From: Anaerolineales bacterium
GTDB lineage: Bacteria > Chloroflexota > Anaerolineae > Anaerolineales > UBA11858
Direction of reading: 5' to 3'
Assembly: GCA_046483045.1 (NCBI GenBank)
Contig: JAWODY010000036.1
Coordinates: 1,848 to 65,847 of the forward strand
Length of the DNA stretch: 64,000 nucleotides
In this document: one piece after another, positions 9,270 to 19,915 of the stretch
Layout of the letters: each line of letters starts with the position of its first letter
How positions within the stretch are numbered: the first letter of the stretch is position 1
Notes under the pieces: generated by a model
What the model was told of the DNA's origin: nothing
Seen by the model: only the letters and a program-made list of their open reading frames with translations
Databases searched by the model: none
Position numbers and translations under genes: made by a program

Positions 9270-10145
9270 ATGCTGTCCCAATCATTCAAATATCAAGAAG
9301 CATTTTCTAGAAATATTGGCTTGATCACAGAAGAGGAACAAGAGCGTTTACGCAGTGCGTCAGCCGCCATCCCCGGAATGGGAGGAATGGGAGGAGCACA
9401 TGCCCTCACTTTGGCCCGGCTTGGTATTGGCCAGCTGACCATGGCGGATTTTGATCAATATGAAGTCGTCAATTTCAACCGCCAGGTGGGTGCAACTGTG
9501 AACACGGTGGGGAAGCGCAAACTGGATGTGATGGTGAAGCGGGTCAAAGAAATTAATCCAGAAATAGAGTTAAGGACCTTTGATGAAGCGATCACCTCCC
9601 AGAATGCGGGGGCCTTCCTGGAGGACGCAGATATTCTACTAGACGGCCTGGACTTTTTTTCTTTTGAAAACCGCCGGCATCTTTTCAATACCGCACGCAA
9701 GAAGGGGCTTCACGTCGTTTCCAGCGGTCCTATTGGGTTCAGTGCCATCCTGCAAATTTTCTCCCCGCACGGGATGAGCTTCGACCGCTACTTTGCCATC
9801 CAGGATGGGATGACCAAAGAGGAAAAGCTGCTTTCCTTCCTGGTCGGGATCGCGCCGGGCGGAACTCATCTGAGTTATATCAATTCGGATAAGGTCAGCC
9901 TGGGTGATGAAGCAGGGCCCTCTTTAGGACTGGCCGTCCAGATGGCAGCTGGATTGGCCGCCGCTCAGGTGGGAAAGATTCTGCTTGATCGGGGGCCCGT
10001 CCCCTGTGTTCCTTACTACTTCCAGGTGGACGCCTACACCATGCAGTGCAAAAAAGGACGGCTGTGGTGGGGCAACCGTAATCCCATTCAACGCCTGAAA
10101 CTGTGGTACGTAAAACGGCTACTTCAAGCCCAGCGTGAATCTTAA
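9270..10145 (+). CDS. ThiF/MoeB/HesA-family adenylyltransferase (no CxxC zinc motifs)
   Basis: GMGGMG, DFD..EVVNFNRQ, K and DGLD motifs; only two Cys residues, not in CxxC arrangement. Confidence 0.9.
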   Translation: MLSQSFKYQEAFSRNIGLITEEEQERLRSASAAIPGMGGMGGAHALTLARLGIGQLTMADFDQYEVVNFNRQVGATVNTVGKRKLDVMVKRVKEINPEIELRTFDEAITSQNAGAFLEDADILLDGLDFFSFENRRHLFNTARKKGLHVVSSGPIGFSAILQIFSPHGMSFDRYFAIQDGMTKEEKLLSFLVGIAPGGTHLSYINSDKVSLGDEAGPSLGLAVQMAAGLAAAQVGKILLDRGPVPCVPYYFQVDAYTMQCKKGRLWWGNRNPIQRLKLWYVKRLLQAQRES

Positions 10146-10238
10146 TCACCACCCATACGCCCATCCGGAGGCAAACTCAACACTGACCTCGGTGTTCTAA
10201 ATTGAATCCGCCCATTCTGTCACCTCCAGAGGATCACG

Positions 10239-11867
10239 ATGTTAGAAAGCATCAAAAAGTGGCTTCTGAAAAAATATTTGGGGAAATACCGCCTCCCCCG
10301 GGACATGGTCCGGGACGCTTTCCAGCGCTACCCCGATCGAGCAGCCCTTGTTACAGGACGGGGCCGGCTCATTTTTGCGGATCTCGAGAAGCGGGTCTAC
10401 TCCCTGGTCCAGGGCCTCGAAGCCCGGGGGATTAATAAGGGGGACCGGGTCTTCACCCTCCTGCCTGACGGCTGGGAACAGATTGAGGTCCGCCTGGCCT
10501 GTTTTGAATCCGGGTTTATCCTCACCCCTTTTCACAGCGCACACCCCAGGTCAGCCATCATGAAAGCAGCCCAATTGGCCACACCTACGGCCCTCATCGT
10601 TGACCCTGAGATCGGGCAGAAAGCGGCCCGGGATCTTGCTCAAAAGAACCCGGAGATGGTGGTCATATCCACCGGGGAGGAGGTCGAGTACGAAAGCATG
10701 CTGGAAACCCACAGACCCATCCCATCCAATCACACCATCCACCCGCAAGATGCAGCGAGTCTGGGATTCACATCCGGGACGACCGGGAAACCCAAAGCGC
10801 TCTTTACCAACCATGAGGTGATTGTCACCAGTTTGAAATTAACAGCCACCAACGTGTCGGTCACCCCCGGCCAGAGAGACACCTTTATGCTCGGCATCCC
10901 CCTGGTCGGGGCGGGCAGCGGCGTGGTGCTCCCCATGCTGTTTTCCGGCTCCACCCTGGTCATCCCCCCGGCATACACCGCCCGGCAGGTCATGGCAGCC
11001 ATCATCGAACACCGGGCCACCCGCACCTTTCTCACGCCCAGCCTGCTGATCGATTTCCTGGACATGCCGGAGGCAGACCTCAGTTCCCTCCGGAACGTGA
11101 TCTACGGCACAGCGCCCATGCCTGTCCCCAAGTTAGAAGAAGCCATCCGGCGCTGGGGACCGATTTTCCAGCAGGGTTACGGGATGGCGGAGGTGCTGCC
11201 GCCCGTCAGCCTGCTGCAAATGGATGACCACGGGACGCAGGACAATCCTGCCCCCCGCCCGGTCCTGCGCTCGGTGGGAAAAATCGTCCCCGAGGTTAAG
11301 GTCAAGATTGTCGACTCCCAGGGTGAGAAAGTGGAACCAGGGGAAAAGGGAGAAATCCTGATCGACAGCCCCACCACCTTTAACGGCTACTGGAAAGCCC
11401 CGGAGCTCAATCAGCGCGTGCTCCGCGACGGCTGGTACCACACCCGGGATATGGGCAGCATTCACCCCCAGGGATGGCTCCATGTCCTGGGACGCAGGGC
11501 TGACATCATCCACCAGAATGGAGAGGAAATATTCCCCTTACAGGTTGAAGAAATAGCCCACGACCACCCGGCCGTCAAAGAAGCCTGCCTGGTGGGTGAC
11601 TCCAAAAATCAAACTATGATCCTGGCCGTCTCCCTCCGCCAAAATCACCGCGGGGATGACCCCCGGAATGTGGCGGAGGATATCAAGCGTTGGATGGCAA
11701 AAAATCTTCCTGAAGCGAATCAACCCGATCAGGTAGCCATATTTAACGAGCTGCCGCGCAGCTATCTTGTCAAAGTGCTTCACAGGGAAGTCCGGGAACG
11801 GATCCTGGATCCCGAAATGGACAACAAGGAGAGAACCTATGAGCGCCTACTCACCACCACACCTTGA
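10239..11867 (+). CDS. AMP-binding (acyl-CoA/acyl-AMP ligase, ANL superfamily) enzyme
   Basis: FTSGTTGKPK P-loop, QGYGMAE, GWYHTRD, GRRADII. Confidence 0.9.
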   Translation: MLESIKKWLLKKYLGKYRLPRDMVRDAFQRYPDRAALVTGRGRLIFADLEKRVYSLVQGLEARGINKGDRVFTLLPDGWEQIEVRLACFESGFILTPFHSAHPRSAIMKAAQLATPTALIVDPEIGQKAARDLAQKNPEMVVISTGEEVEYESMLETHRPIPSNHTIHPQDAASLGFTSGTTGKPKALFTNHEVIVTSLKLTATNVSVTPGQRDTFMLGIPLVGAGSGVVLPMLFSGSTLVIPPAYTARQVMAAIIEHRATRTFLTPSLLIDFLDMPEADLSSLRNVIYGTAPMPVPKLEEAIRRWGPIFQQGYGMAEVLPPVSLLQMDDHGTQDNPAPRPVLRSVGKIVPEVKVKIVDSQGEKVEPGEKGEILIDSPTTFNGYWKAPELNQRVLRDGWYHTRDMGSIHPQGWLHVLGRRADIIHQNGEEIFPLQVEEIAHDHPAVKEACLVGDSKNQTMILAVSLRQNHRGDDPRNVAEDIKRWMAKNLPEANQPDQVAIFNELPRSYLVKVLHREVRERILDPEMDNKERTYERLLTTTP

Positions 11868-13218
11868 GTTGGGGGATGAAAAGCTGCCCCTGGGACTGAA
11901 GCTTGTTTATGCTGTGGGAAACCTGGGATTCACGCTGCTCATCTCAGCCATTGGTTTCTTCCTGCTCATTTTTTATACCGATGTGGCCCATATCCCGCCC
12001 GCCCTGGCCAGCACAGCATTATTGGTGGGAAAAGTGTGGGACATCGTCAACGATCCCCTCTTCGGATGGATTTCAGACCGCACAAAATCGCCTCTGGGCC
12101 GGCGCCGTGTATACCTGATCTACGGCGCGCTGCCGCTGGCTCTGGTCTCTTTTGCCCTCTGGGCCGTTCCCAGGGGATTGTCCTCCACCACAGCCTTCCT
12201 GTGGATCGTGCTCAGTTACGCGCTGTTTGATACCTTCTTCACCATCACCAATGTCCCCTTTAATTCTCTCACCGCGGAGCTGACCAAGGACTACGATGAG
12301 CGCACCAGCCTGATGGCCGTGGCTTCCATCGGGGCGGTCGTCGGCTACCTGTTGGGGGCTGTCCTGCCCCCCATGATCACAGGAGGATTTGAGGATGCTT
12401 CAACCGGTTACCTGGTGATGGGCGCTGTGTTTGGTGGAATCGTGGGTTTGAGCATCGCCCTTGTCGCCTGGCGGGTGAGAGAACCCTCGCAGGACAGGCA
12501 ATTGACAGCTGGGTTGCCCATTCTGGCCTCCATCCGGGCCACCTTCAGCAATAAACCATTTATTATGCTCCTGACTGCCTTTGCCATTGTGCGCCTCAGT
12601 TTCACCCTCATGCAGTCCAGCGTTCCTTATTACATCCGGTACTACCTCGGCGCGCCGGGCCGCATGTCGCTCATCCTGGCGCTGCTGATGGTGACGGTGG
12701 GCGTCTTCGTATATTTCTGGAAATGGGTCAGCGATAAAACCAGCAAAAGCAAAGCCTACGCCTTCGGGCTCCTGATCATGGGCAGCGGCGCCCTCGCCAC
12801 CTTCCTCATTCAAGAAGGACAGCTGATGTTCATGAACATCGCGGTCATCGTCATCGGCTTTGGCCTCTCCTCCCACTGGGTCGCGCCCTATGCCATGCTT
12901 CCCGATGTCATTGAACACGATGAAGCAGAAACCGGAGAACGGCGGGAAGGGATGTACTACGGGGTGTACGGATTAGTTGATAAAATAATGCGTACGCTGG
13001 GTGTGTTTCTGGTGGGTATGGGGTTAGACCTGGTGGATTATGTGCCCAATGCCGCGCAATCCGCGCGCTCGCTGCTCGGCATCCGCTTGATCTTCGGCCC
13101 CATCCCGGCCCTGCTCTTGATCTTCGTCTTTCCCCTGCTGCTGCGGTATCCCGTCACCCGCCAATCCCACACCGAGCTCCGGAAAGACCTGGCGCGCAAC
13201 AAACGAACTGAGGATTGA
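11839..13218 (+). CDS. MFS transporter, glycoside-pentoside-hexuronide (MelB-like) family
   Basis: WDIVNDPLFGWISDRT..GRRR, ELTKDYDERTSL, DVIEHDE..TGERREG. SD aaggag before ATG 11839; overlaps the ligase stop. Confidence 0.9.
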   Translation: MSAYSPPHLELGDEKLPLGLKLVYAVGNLGFTLLISAIGFFLLIFYTDVAHIPPALASTALLVGKVWDIVNDPLFGWISDRTKSPLGRRRVYLIYGALPLALVSFALWAVPRGLSSTTAFLWIVLSYALFDTFFTITNVPFNSLTAELTKDYDERTSLMAVASIGAVVGYLLGAVLPPMITGGFEDASTGYLVMGAVFGGIVGLSIALVAWRVREPSQDRQLTAGLPILASIRATFSNKPFIMLLTAFAIVRLSFTLMQSSVPYYIRYYLGAPGRMSLILALLMVTVGVFVYFWKWVSDKTSKSKAYAFGLLIMGSGALATFLIQEGQLMFMNIAVIVIGFGLSSHWVAPYAMLPDVIEHDEAETGERREGMYYGVYGLVDKIMRTLGVFLVGMGLDLVDYVPNAAQSARSLLGIRLIFGPIPALLLIFVFPLLLRYPVTRQSHTELRKDLARNKRTED

Positions 13219-13225
13219 AAAAGCC

Positions 13226-14041
13226 ATGACAGAACGAGAAGCCCGCCACCTTCACCCTGGACAAGGCCCGGTCAAACTCCCCTTTGAGGAGGGCAGAGAG
13301 GTTGTCCTCAAAGCAGGCCACCTGCGCAAAACATATCAAGTCGGGGATGTCGAGGTCCCGGCTTTGCGCGGCGTGGACCTGACGGTGAAAAAGGGCGAGT
13401 TTGTGGCCATCATGGGCCCTTCTGGCTCGGGAAAATCAACCCTGCTGCACCTGATCAGCGGCCTGGACCGGCCCAGCGGTGGAGATGTGATGCTGGCTAG
13501 ACAGCGGCTGTCAGACCTGGATGATGAAGCCTTGAGCATCCTCCGGCGCCGCAAGGTCGGTTTCGTGTTTCAAACCTTCAATCTCATCCCCATGCTGACC
13601 GCCAGGGAAAACGTGATGCTGCCGCTGCTGGTGGACGGCCGGGACCCGGACCAGGCCCAGGAACGCATGGAAAATTTGCTCCAATTGGTCCTGATCGCGG
13701 ACAGAAAAGATCACAAGCCCGATCAGCTTTCCGGCGGCCAGCAGCAGCGGGTGGCCATCGCCCGGGCCCTGATCACGGAGCCGGACATCGTCATGGCCGA
13801 TGAGCCCACCGGAAACCTGGACACCAAATCAGGCACCGTGGTCCTGGATCTGCTGCGCCGTGTGCGGGAGGGCTCCGGGACTTCGATCGTCATGGTCACC
13901 CACGACCCCCGCTCTTCCTCCTATGCGGACCGGGTGGTATACCTGCGGGATGGAAAGGTGATCGACGAGTCCTACAACCACGGCGATGAGACCGATACCC
14001 GGCGCATTGCCAGGCGCCTGGCCTACCTGGAGGAGATCTAG
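13226..14041 (+). CDS. ABC transporter ATP-binding protein (LolD/MacB type)
   Basis: [31 protein letters not shown]. Confidence 0.95.
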   Translation: MTEREARHLHPGQGPVKLPFEEGREVVLKAGHLRKTYQVGDVEVPALRGVDLTVKKGEFVAIMGPSGSGKSTLLHLISGLDRPSGGDVMLARQRLSDLDDEALSILRRRKVGFVFQTFNLIPMLTARENVMLPLLVDGRDPDQAQERMENLLQLVLIADRKDHKPDQLSGGQQQRVAIARALITEPDIVMADEPTGNLDTKSGTVVLDLLRRVREGSGTSIVMVTHDPRSSSYADRVVYLRDGKVIDESYNHGDETDTRRIARRLAYLEEI

Positions 14042-14043
14042 CC

Positions 14044-16662
14044 ATGGCTGCCTGGCGGCGTTTTTGGACCAATATCAGGCTGGCCCTGCGCAGCATGGCG
14101 GGGCATAAGACCCGCACGGCTTTGACCGCTCTGGGCATTTCCCTGGGCGTGGCTGTCGTGCTGGGCGTAAACATCACCAACGCTACCCTGATGGACTCCT
14201 TCAACAATGTCTTCGATGAAGCGGGAGGAAAGGCGGACCTCACCGTGCAGGATCAGGCCCGCAACGCGGACGGCTTCCCGGCATCCATTTTTCAGGAGGC
14301 CCGTGAGGTGGAAGGAATCACCGCCGCAGCCCCTTCCGTGATGTCCCGTTCCCTGGTGGCTGATGAACTCAGCGGTTGGCAGGCCAGCACCGGGGTGATG
14401 GGCACGCTCTCGGCGGGCAGCACGCTGATCACCATCGGCGTCGATCCGGAGATGGACCGCACAGTGCGGGACATTCATCTCACCGACGGCACCTACCTGA
14501 AACCTGGAGAGGACCGCTATGTGATGGTGCTGGGGGAATCCGTGGCCGAGGAAAAAGGATACGGCCTGGGGGAAGATATTCCCATTCTTTTGCCCGGCAG
14601 AAACGCCCCCTCGGAGTTCAAAATCATCGGCATCATCGACCCATCCGGAGCCGGTTTAATCAACGGAGGATCGATCGCGTTCATCCCTCTCAACGTGGCC
14701 CAGGAACTGATGGACCGCGCCGGCCGCTACGACCAGATCGACATCGTCGTCAACGATGAGATCGCGGAATCAGACACGGCCTTATCCGAGCTCAAGGAAG
14801 ACCTCTCCCGCCAGCTTGGAGAAGGGGTGCGGGTGGTCTACCCCGGCGCCCGGGGGGAAGAGCTCGCCAAACGCATGGCCTCCTACCGGCTGGGCCTGGA
14901 CCTGTTCAGCACGGTAGCCATGTTCATCGGCGGATTTCTAATTTACAACACATTTGCCATCAACGTGGCCGAGCGCACCCGGCAAATCGGCCTTTTCCGC
15001 ACCATCGGCATGACCAAAAAAGGGGTCCTGGTCCTGATCTTCACGGAAGCTGGCCTGCTGAGCGTTGTGGGGTCGGGAATTGGACTTTTGATGGGTATCG
15101 GCATGGCCCGGGGCATGTCCACCACCGTGGGATTCGCAGCCGGGACCACGGTCAATTCCCTCACCTTGCCCATGAAAGGTTTTGTGCGCAGTTTGTCCAT
15201 CGGCCTCCTGGTGACGATCGTCTCCGCCCTGTGGCCCGCCCTGCAGGCCATCCAGATCTCCCCCCTGGAAGCGCTGGGGGTCAAAGCCCAATCCCGGGGC
15301 ACCACCTGGCGGGATATCAGCTGGAAATTCGGTCCCGGTTTGTTATTTGTGGGCTGGGTCGTCTTTAACGACCTTCCCCTGCGGGATTCCATCGCCTGGA
15401 CCATCGTCAGCGTCGCTGCCATTTTATTCCTCTTCGGCGCGGCCTTCAGCGTGCCCATCGTGGACCGCTTCCTGGCCAACCTGCTGCAGCCTTTCATCCG
15501 ATCTGTGTTTGGGGGGGTGGGGAAAATTGGCGCATCCAATCTGAAACGGGCCCAGAGCCGGACTCTGCTGACCATCGCCACCCTGATGCTGGGCATTGCT
15601 GTCAACATTGGCACCGTTTCGCTGGGTGACAGTTTCCGATATGATCTCAGCCGCTGGACAAAAGCAGCCACAGGCGGGGATTTGATCGTGCAGTCCCCCA
15701 CCCGGCTGGATGATAATCATGCCCAGCGGCTTGCTGCCCTGGACGGGGTGGACACCGTCAGTCCAGAACGCAGTATTGAGGTCTGGACCAGCGGGGAAAA
15801 AGTGGAAGACGAGATCGTTTTCATCGCCATAGACCCCCAGACGCGGGGCGAGATCAGCCAGTTCCTGTTTGAGGAACCCGGTAAGGACGCCCAGCCCCGG
15901 GTCTTTCAGCAGCTGCAGCAGGGGGATCGGGTGATCATCAGCACCAGCATGGCCGAGCGCTACGACCTGGAGGTAGGGGAAGACATCACCCTGGAAACCC
16001 CGCGCGGGTTGGCGGATTTTGAGGTCATCGGCGTGGTACTGGATTTCAGCGGTAACGGGCTGATGGTGTACGGGAACTGGACAGATCTTTACCGCTATTT
16101 CGGGGTCAATACTGTGGACCGCTTTCTGCTTTCCGTCCATCCGGGGTATAATCCACAGGCAGTCGGCCGGGCGATTGAAGACATGCTGGGCACCCGGTTG
16201 AACCTGACCGTGGATGTCGTCGACAAGCTGCTGGAAGATGTCCTGGAAATCACAGACCGGTCATTCGTGATGTTCGACACCCTGGCTTTGCTGGTCGTCA
16301 GCGTCTCTGCCATGGGCGTGGTCAACACCATGGCCATCAGCGTCATGGAGCGGAGGCAGGAGCTGTCCATGCTGCGCAGCATCGGCATGACCCGCGCCCA
16401 GCTCCGGAAGATGATATTGGCAGAAGCGGGAGCGCTGGGTTTGATGGGCGGGGTTCTTGGTTTAGGCCTGGGAGTTGTCCTGGCCCAGATGTTTATTGTC
16501 GTCGTGCAGCATTTGATGGATTACGAGCTGACCAATCAGCTTTCTACCCGGGCCATCATCAGCAGCGCTGTCATCGCCCTGGTCATCTCTCAGGCAGCGG
16601 CGTTGATCCCTGCCATCCGGGCTTCACGGCAGCCGATCATTAAGGGACTGGCAGATCAATAA
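14044..16662 (+). CDS. ABC transporter permease with two FtsX/MacB repeats
   Basis: RTALTALGISLG, ERTRQIGLFRTIGMT and ERRQELSMLRSIGMT; two large extracytoplasmic loops. Confidence 0.92.
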   Translation: MAAWRRFWTNIRLALRSMAGHKTRTALTALGISLGVAVVLGVNITNATLMDSFNNVFDEAGGKADLTVQDQARNADGFPASIFQEAREVEGITAAAPSVMSRSLVADELSGWQASTGVMGTLSAGSTLITIGVDPEMDRTVRDIHLTDGTYLKPGEDRYVMVLGESVAEEKGYGLGEDIPILLPGRNAPSEFKIIGIIDPSGAGLINGGSIAFIPLNVAQELMDRAGRYDQIDIVVNDEIAESDTALSELKEDLSRQLGEGVRVVYPGARGEELAKRMASYRLGLDLFSTVAMFIGGFLIYNTFAINVAERTRQIGLFRTIGMTKKGVLVLIFTEAGLLSVVGSGIGLLMGIGMARGMSTTVGFAAGTTVNSLTLPMKGFVRSLSIGLLVTIVSALWPALQAIQISPLEALGVKAQSRGTTWRDISWKFGPGLLFVGWVVFNDLPLRDSIAWTIVSVAAILFLFGAAFSVPIVDRFLANLLQPFIRSVFGGVGKIGASNLKRAQSRTLLTIATLMLGIAVNIGTVSLGDSFRYDLSRWTKAATGGDLIVQSPTRLDDNHAQRLAALDGVDTVSPERSIEVWTSGEKVEDEIVFIAIDPQTRGEISQFLFEEPGKDAQPRVFQQLQQGDRVIISTSMAERYDLEVGEDITLETPRGLADFEVIGVVLDFSGNGLMVYGNWTDLYRYFGVNTVDRFLLSVHPGYNPQAVGRAIEDMLGTRLNLTVDVVDKLLEDVLEITDRSFVMFDTLALLVVSVSAMGVVNTMAISVMERRQELSMLRSIGMTRAQLRKMILAEAGALGLMGGVLGLGLGVVLAQMFIVVVQHLMDYELTNQLSTRAIISSAVIALVISQAAALIPAIRASRQPIIKGLADQ

Positions 16663-16676
16663 GGAGCGCAGTCATC

Positions 16677-17924
16677 ATGAACGCAAAGCGAATCCTGATT
16701 GGATTGATGATCATTCTCATCCTATCCTATTTTGGGTTCAGGGGATATCAAGAATATCTGGCCCCTGTTGAACCCACGCCAACCCCAGCTGCCATCGGTA
16801 CGCAGGTGATCACGGTGAACGCGGAAGGCCGAGTGGTCCCCCTCACCCATCTCGGCCAGGCCTTTGAACTTTCCGGCCGCATTTCTGAGATTCACGTCAG
16901 CGAGGGGGATCTGGTGGAGGAAGGTGACACCCTGCTCAGCCTGGAAAAAGACAGCCTGCAGGCCCAGGCTGCGCAAGCGAAAGCAGCCCTGAAAGCTGCC
17001 CGGGCCCAATTAGAGATGCTGCCTGACGCGGCCAGCGAGGAACGGGAAGAACAGGCGGAGGCCCAGGTGGAACAGGCGCAAGCATCCCTGGAGGCCGCTC
17101 AGATCCAGTTAAAGAAAACCGATCTGATAAGCTCTCTCACCGGCGTCGTCACCGCCATTGATATCGAAAAGGGCCAGGTCGTGGAAGCTGGCATGCCTGT
17201 GATCATCGTGGCCGACACCAGCCGCTGGCAGGTAGAAACGCTGGATCTTCTCGAGGAGGATGTCGTCAATATCCAGGTCGGACAACCCGCCACTGTGAAA
17301 TTTGCCGCTCATCCCGACAGCGCCCTGGAAGGAAGAGTGAGCAAGATCGCCCGCAGCGCATCCAGCTACCAGGGAAACGTCACCTACACGGTGACCGTAG
17401 ACCTGCCCGATCCCGGAGATCTATCCCTGCAGTGGGGGATGACATCCTTTGTGGAAATTGACCCTGAATCATCGACCATCCCTCCCCTCTTTTCCCCCAC
17501 ACCCACACCGGAACCGACAGCAGCGCCCACACAGACGCCCACACCCACTCCCGAACCTGAGGAAGACGAAGAAAGTGATAAAGGGGATATCCCGGCATCT
17601 TACACTGTGCGCCGGGGTGAATTTGTGTACTGCCTGGGGCGGCGTTTTGATATTAAACCAGCGGACATCCTGAGCTACAACGGCCTCCCCCCCGGATCGC
17701 AACTGTTCCCCGGGCAAATCATTAACCTCCCCTCCCGGGCTCGTCCCTTCCCGGTCACCCGGGCCTTGGCGCCCCACCCCACCACATATATCGTGCAGCC
17801 CTTTGATACCCTTCCCATCATCGCCTGTAAATTCGGGGATGTGACCCCGGGAGAAATTGCCCGGGAAAACGACCTTTCGCCTGACGCGCTCCTCACCCCG
17901 GGCCAGATTCTGGATATCCCTTAA
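16677..17924 (+). CDS. HlyD/MFP periplasmic adaptor fused via a Pro/Thr linker to two LysM domains
   Basis: N-terminal TM; lipoyl-like halves (GRISEIHVSEGD, GVVTAIDIEKGQ); PTPTP linker; YTVRRGE...GQIINLP and YIVQPFD...GQILDIP LysM-like repeats. Confidence 0.85.
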   Translation: MNAKRILIGLMIILILSYFGFRGYQEYLAPVEPTPTPAAIGTQVITVNAEGRVVPLTHLGQAFELSGRISEIHVSEGDLVEEGDTLLSLEKDSLQAQAAQAKAALKAARAQLEMLPDAASEEREEQAEAQVEQAQASLEAAQIQLKKTDLISSLTGVVTAIDIEKGQVVEAGMPVIIVADTSRWQVETLDLLEEDVVNIQVGQPATVKFAAHPDSALEGRVSKIARSASSYQGNVTYTVTVDLPDPGDLSLQWGMTSFVEIDPESSTIPPLFSPTPTPEPTAAPTQTPTPTPEPEEDEESDKGDIPASYTVRRGEFVYCLGRRFDIKPADILSYNGLPPGSQLFPGQIINLPSRARPFPVTRALAPHPTTYIVQPFDTLPIIACKFGDVTPGEIARENDLSPDALLTPGQILDIP

Positions 17925-17941
17925 ATTCTGCTGGTGTAAAT

Positions 17942-17975
17942 AAAAAAGCCCCTGCTCATTCGAAGGGGCTTTTTT
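17942..17975. terminator. Bidirectional intrinsic terminator
   Basis: aaaaaAGCCCCT-loop-AGGGGCTttttt between convergent genes. Confidence 0.85.
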
Positions 17976-18133
17976 ATTATTCCGTCCTCTCCCGCCTGAA
18001 GGTTGACCTCCGCCGGGAAGATCTTCATGTCTCCAAAAACGGGAAAACCTGTTCAATCAGCACCAAACCCTGGAAAAACCCCGGGGACTTCAAGGCAGTC
18101 ATCAGGGCCGCTTTGCCGACAATGGGGTGCTCC

Positions 18134-18370
18134 TTACCGGTCATTCTCTTCGCTCTCTTTTTCCCCCAAAACTTTGCGTAATGTTTGAAAACGGCCGGGT
18201 TTGGAGGACTTTCTCCCGCCCAACCTGTTAAGCAGAAAACTTAAAAAGATGAAACCAACCCCGCCCACACAAAAATAAAAGTGGTCCAAACCGAGTGAGG
18301 GAGAGGCGATAAAAACCACCAACAATAACAAACCGGACAACAAAAAGAAACTTGCCAAATGCTTCAACAT
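18134..18370 (-). CDS. Small membrane protein (78 aa, 2 TM)
   Basis: Two hydrophobic stretches and a basic tail; follows rpoD in the same orientation. Confidence 0.65.
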   Translation of the reverse strand: MLKHLASFFLLSGLLLLVVFIASPSLGLDHFYFCVGGVGFIFLSFLLNRLGGRKSSKPGRFQTLRKVLGEKESEENDR

Positions 18371-18416
18371 AAGCTATTTATGTGACCCCCGGGTTGAGAA
18401 GAAGATAGGCTGGGGA

Positions 18417-19835
<1,419 letters not shown>

Positions 19836-19915
19836 CCGGGTTGCCTCATTACTAAGCAAGGGAACAAGAGTAGTACGCAGACCTACAATGAATCCCGATC
19901 AAAACGTTGGTTATC

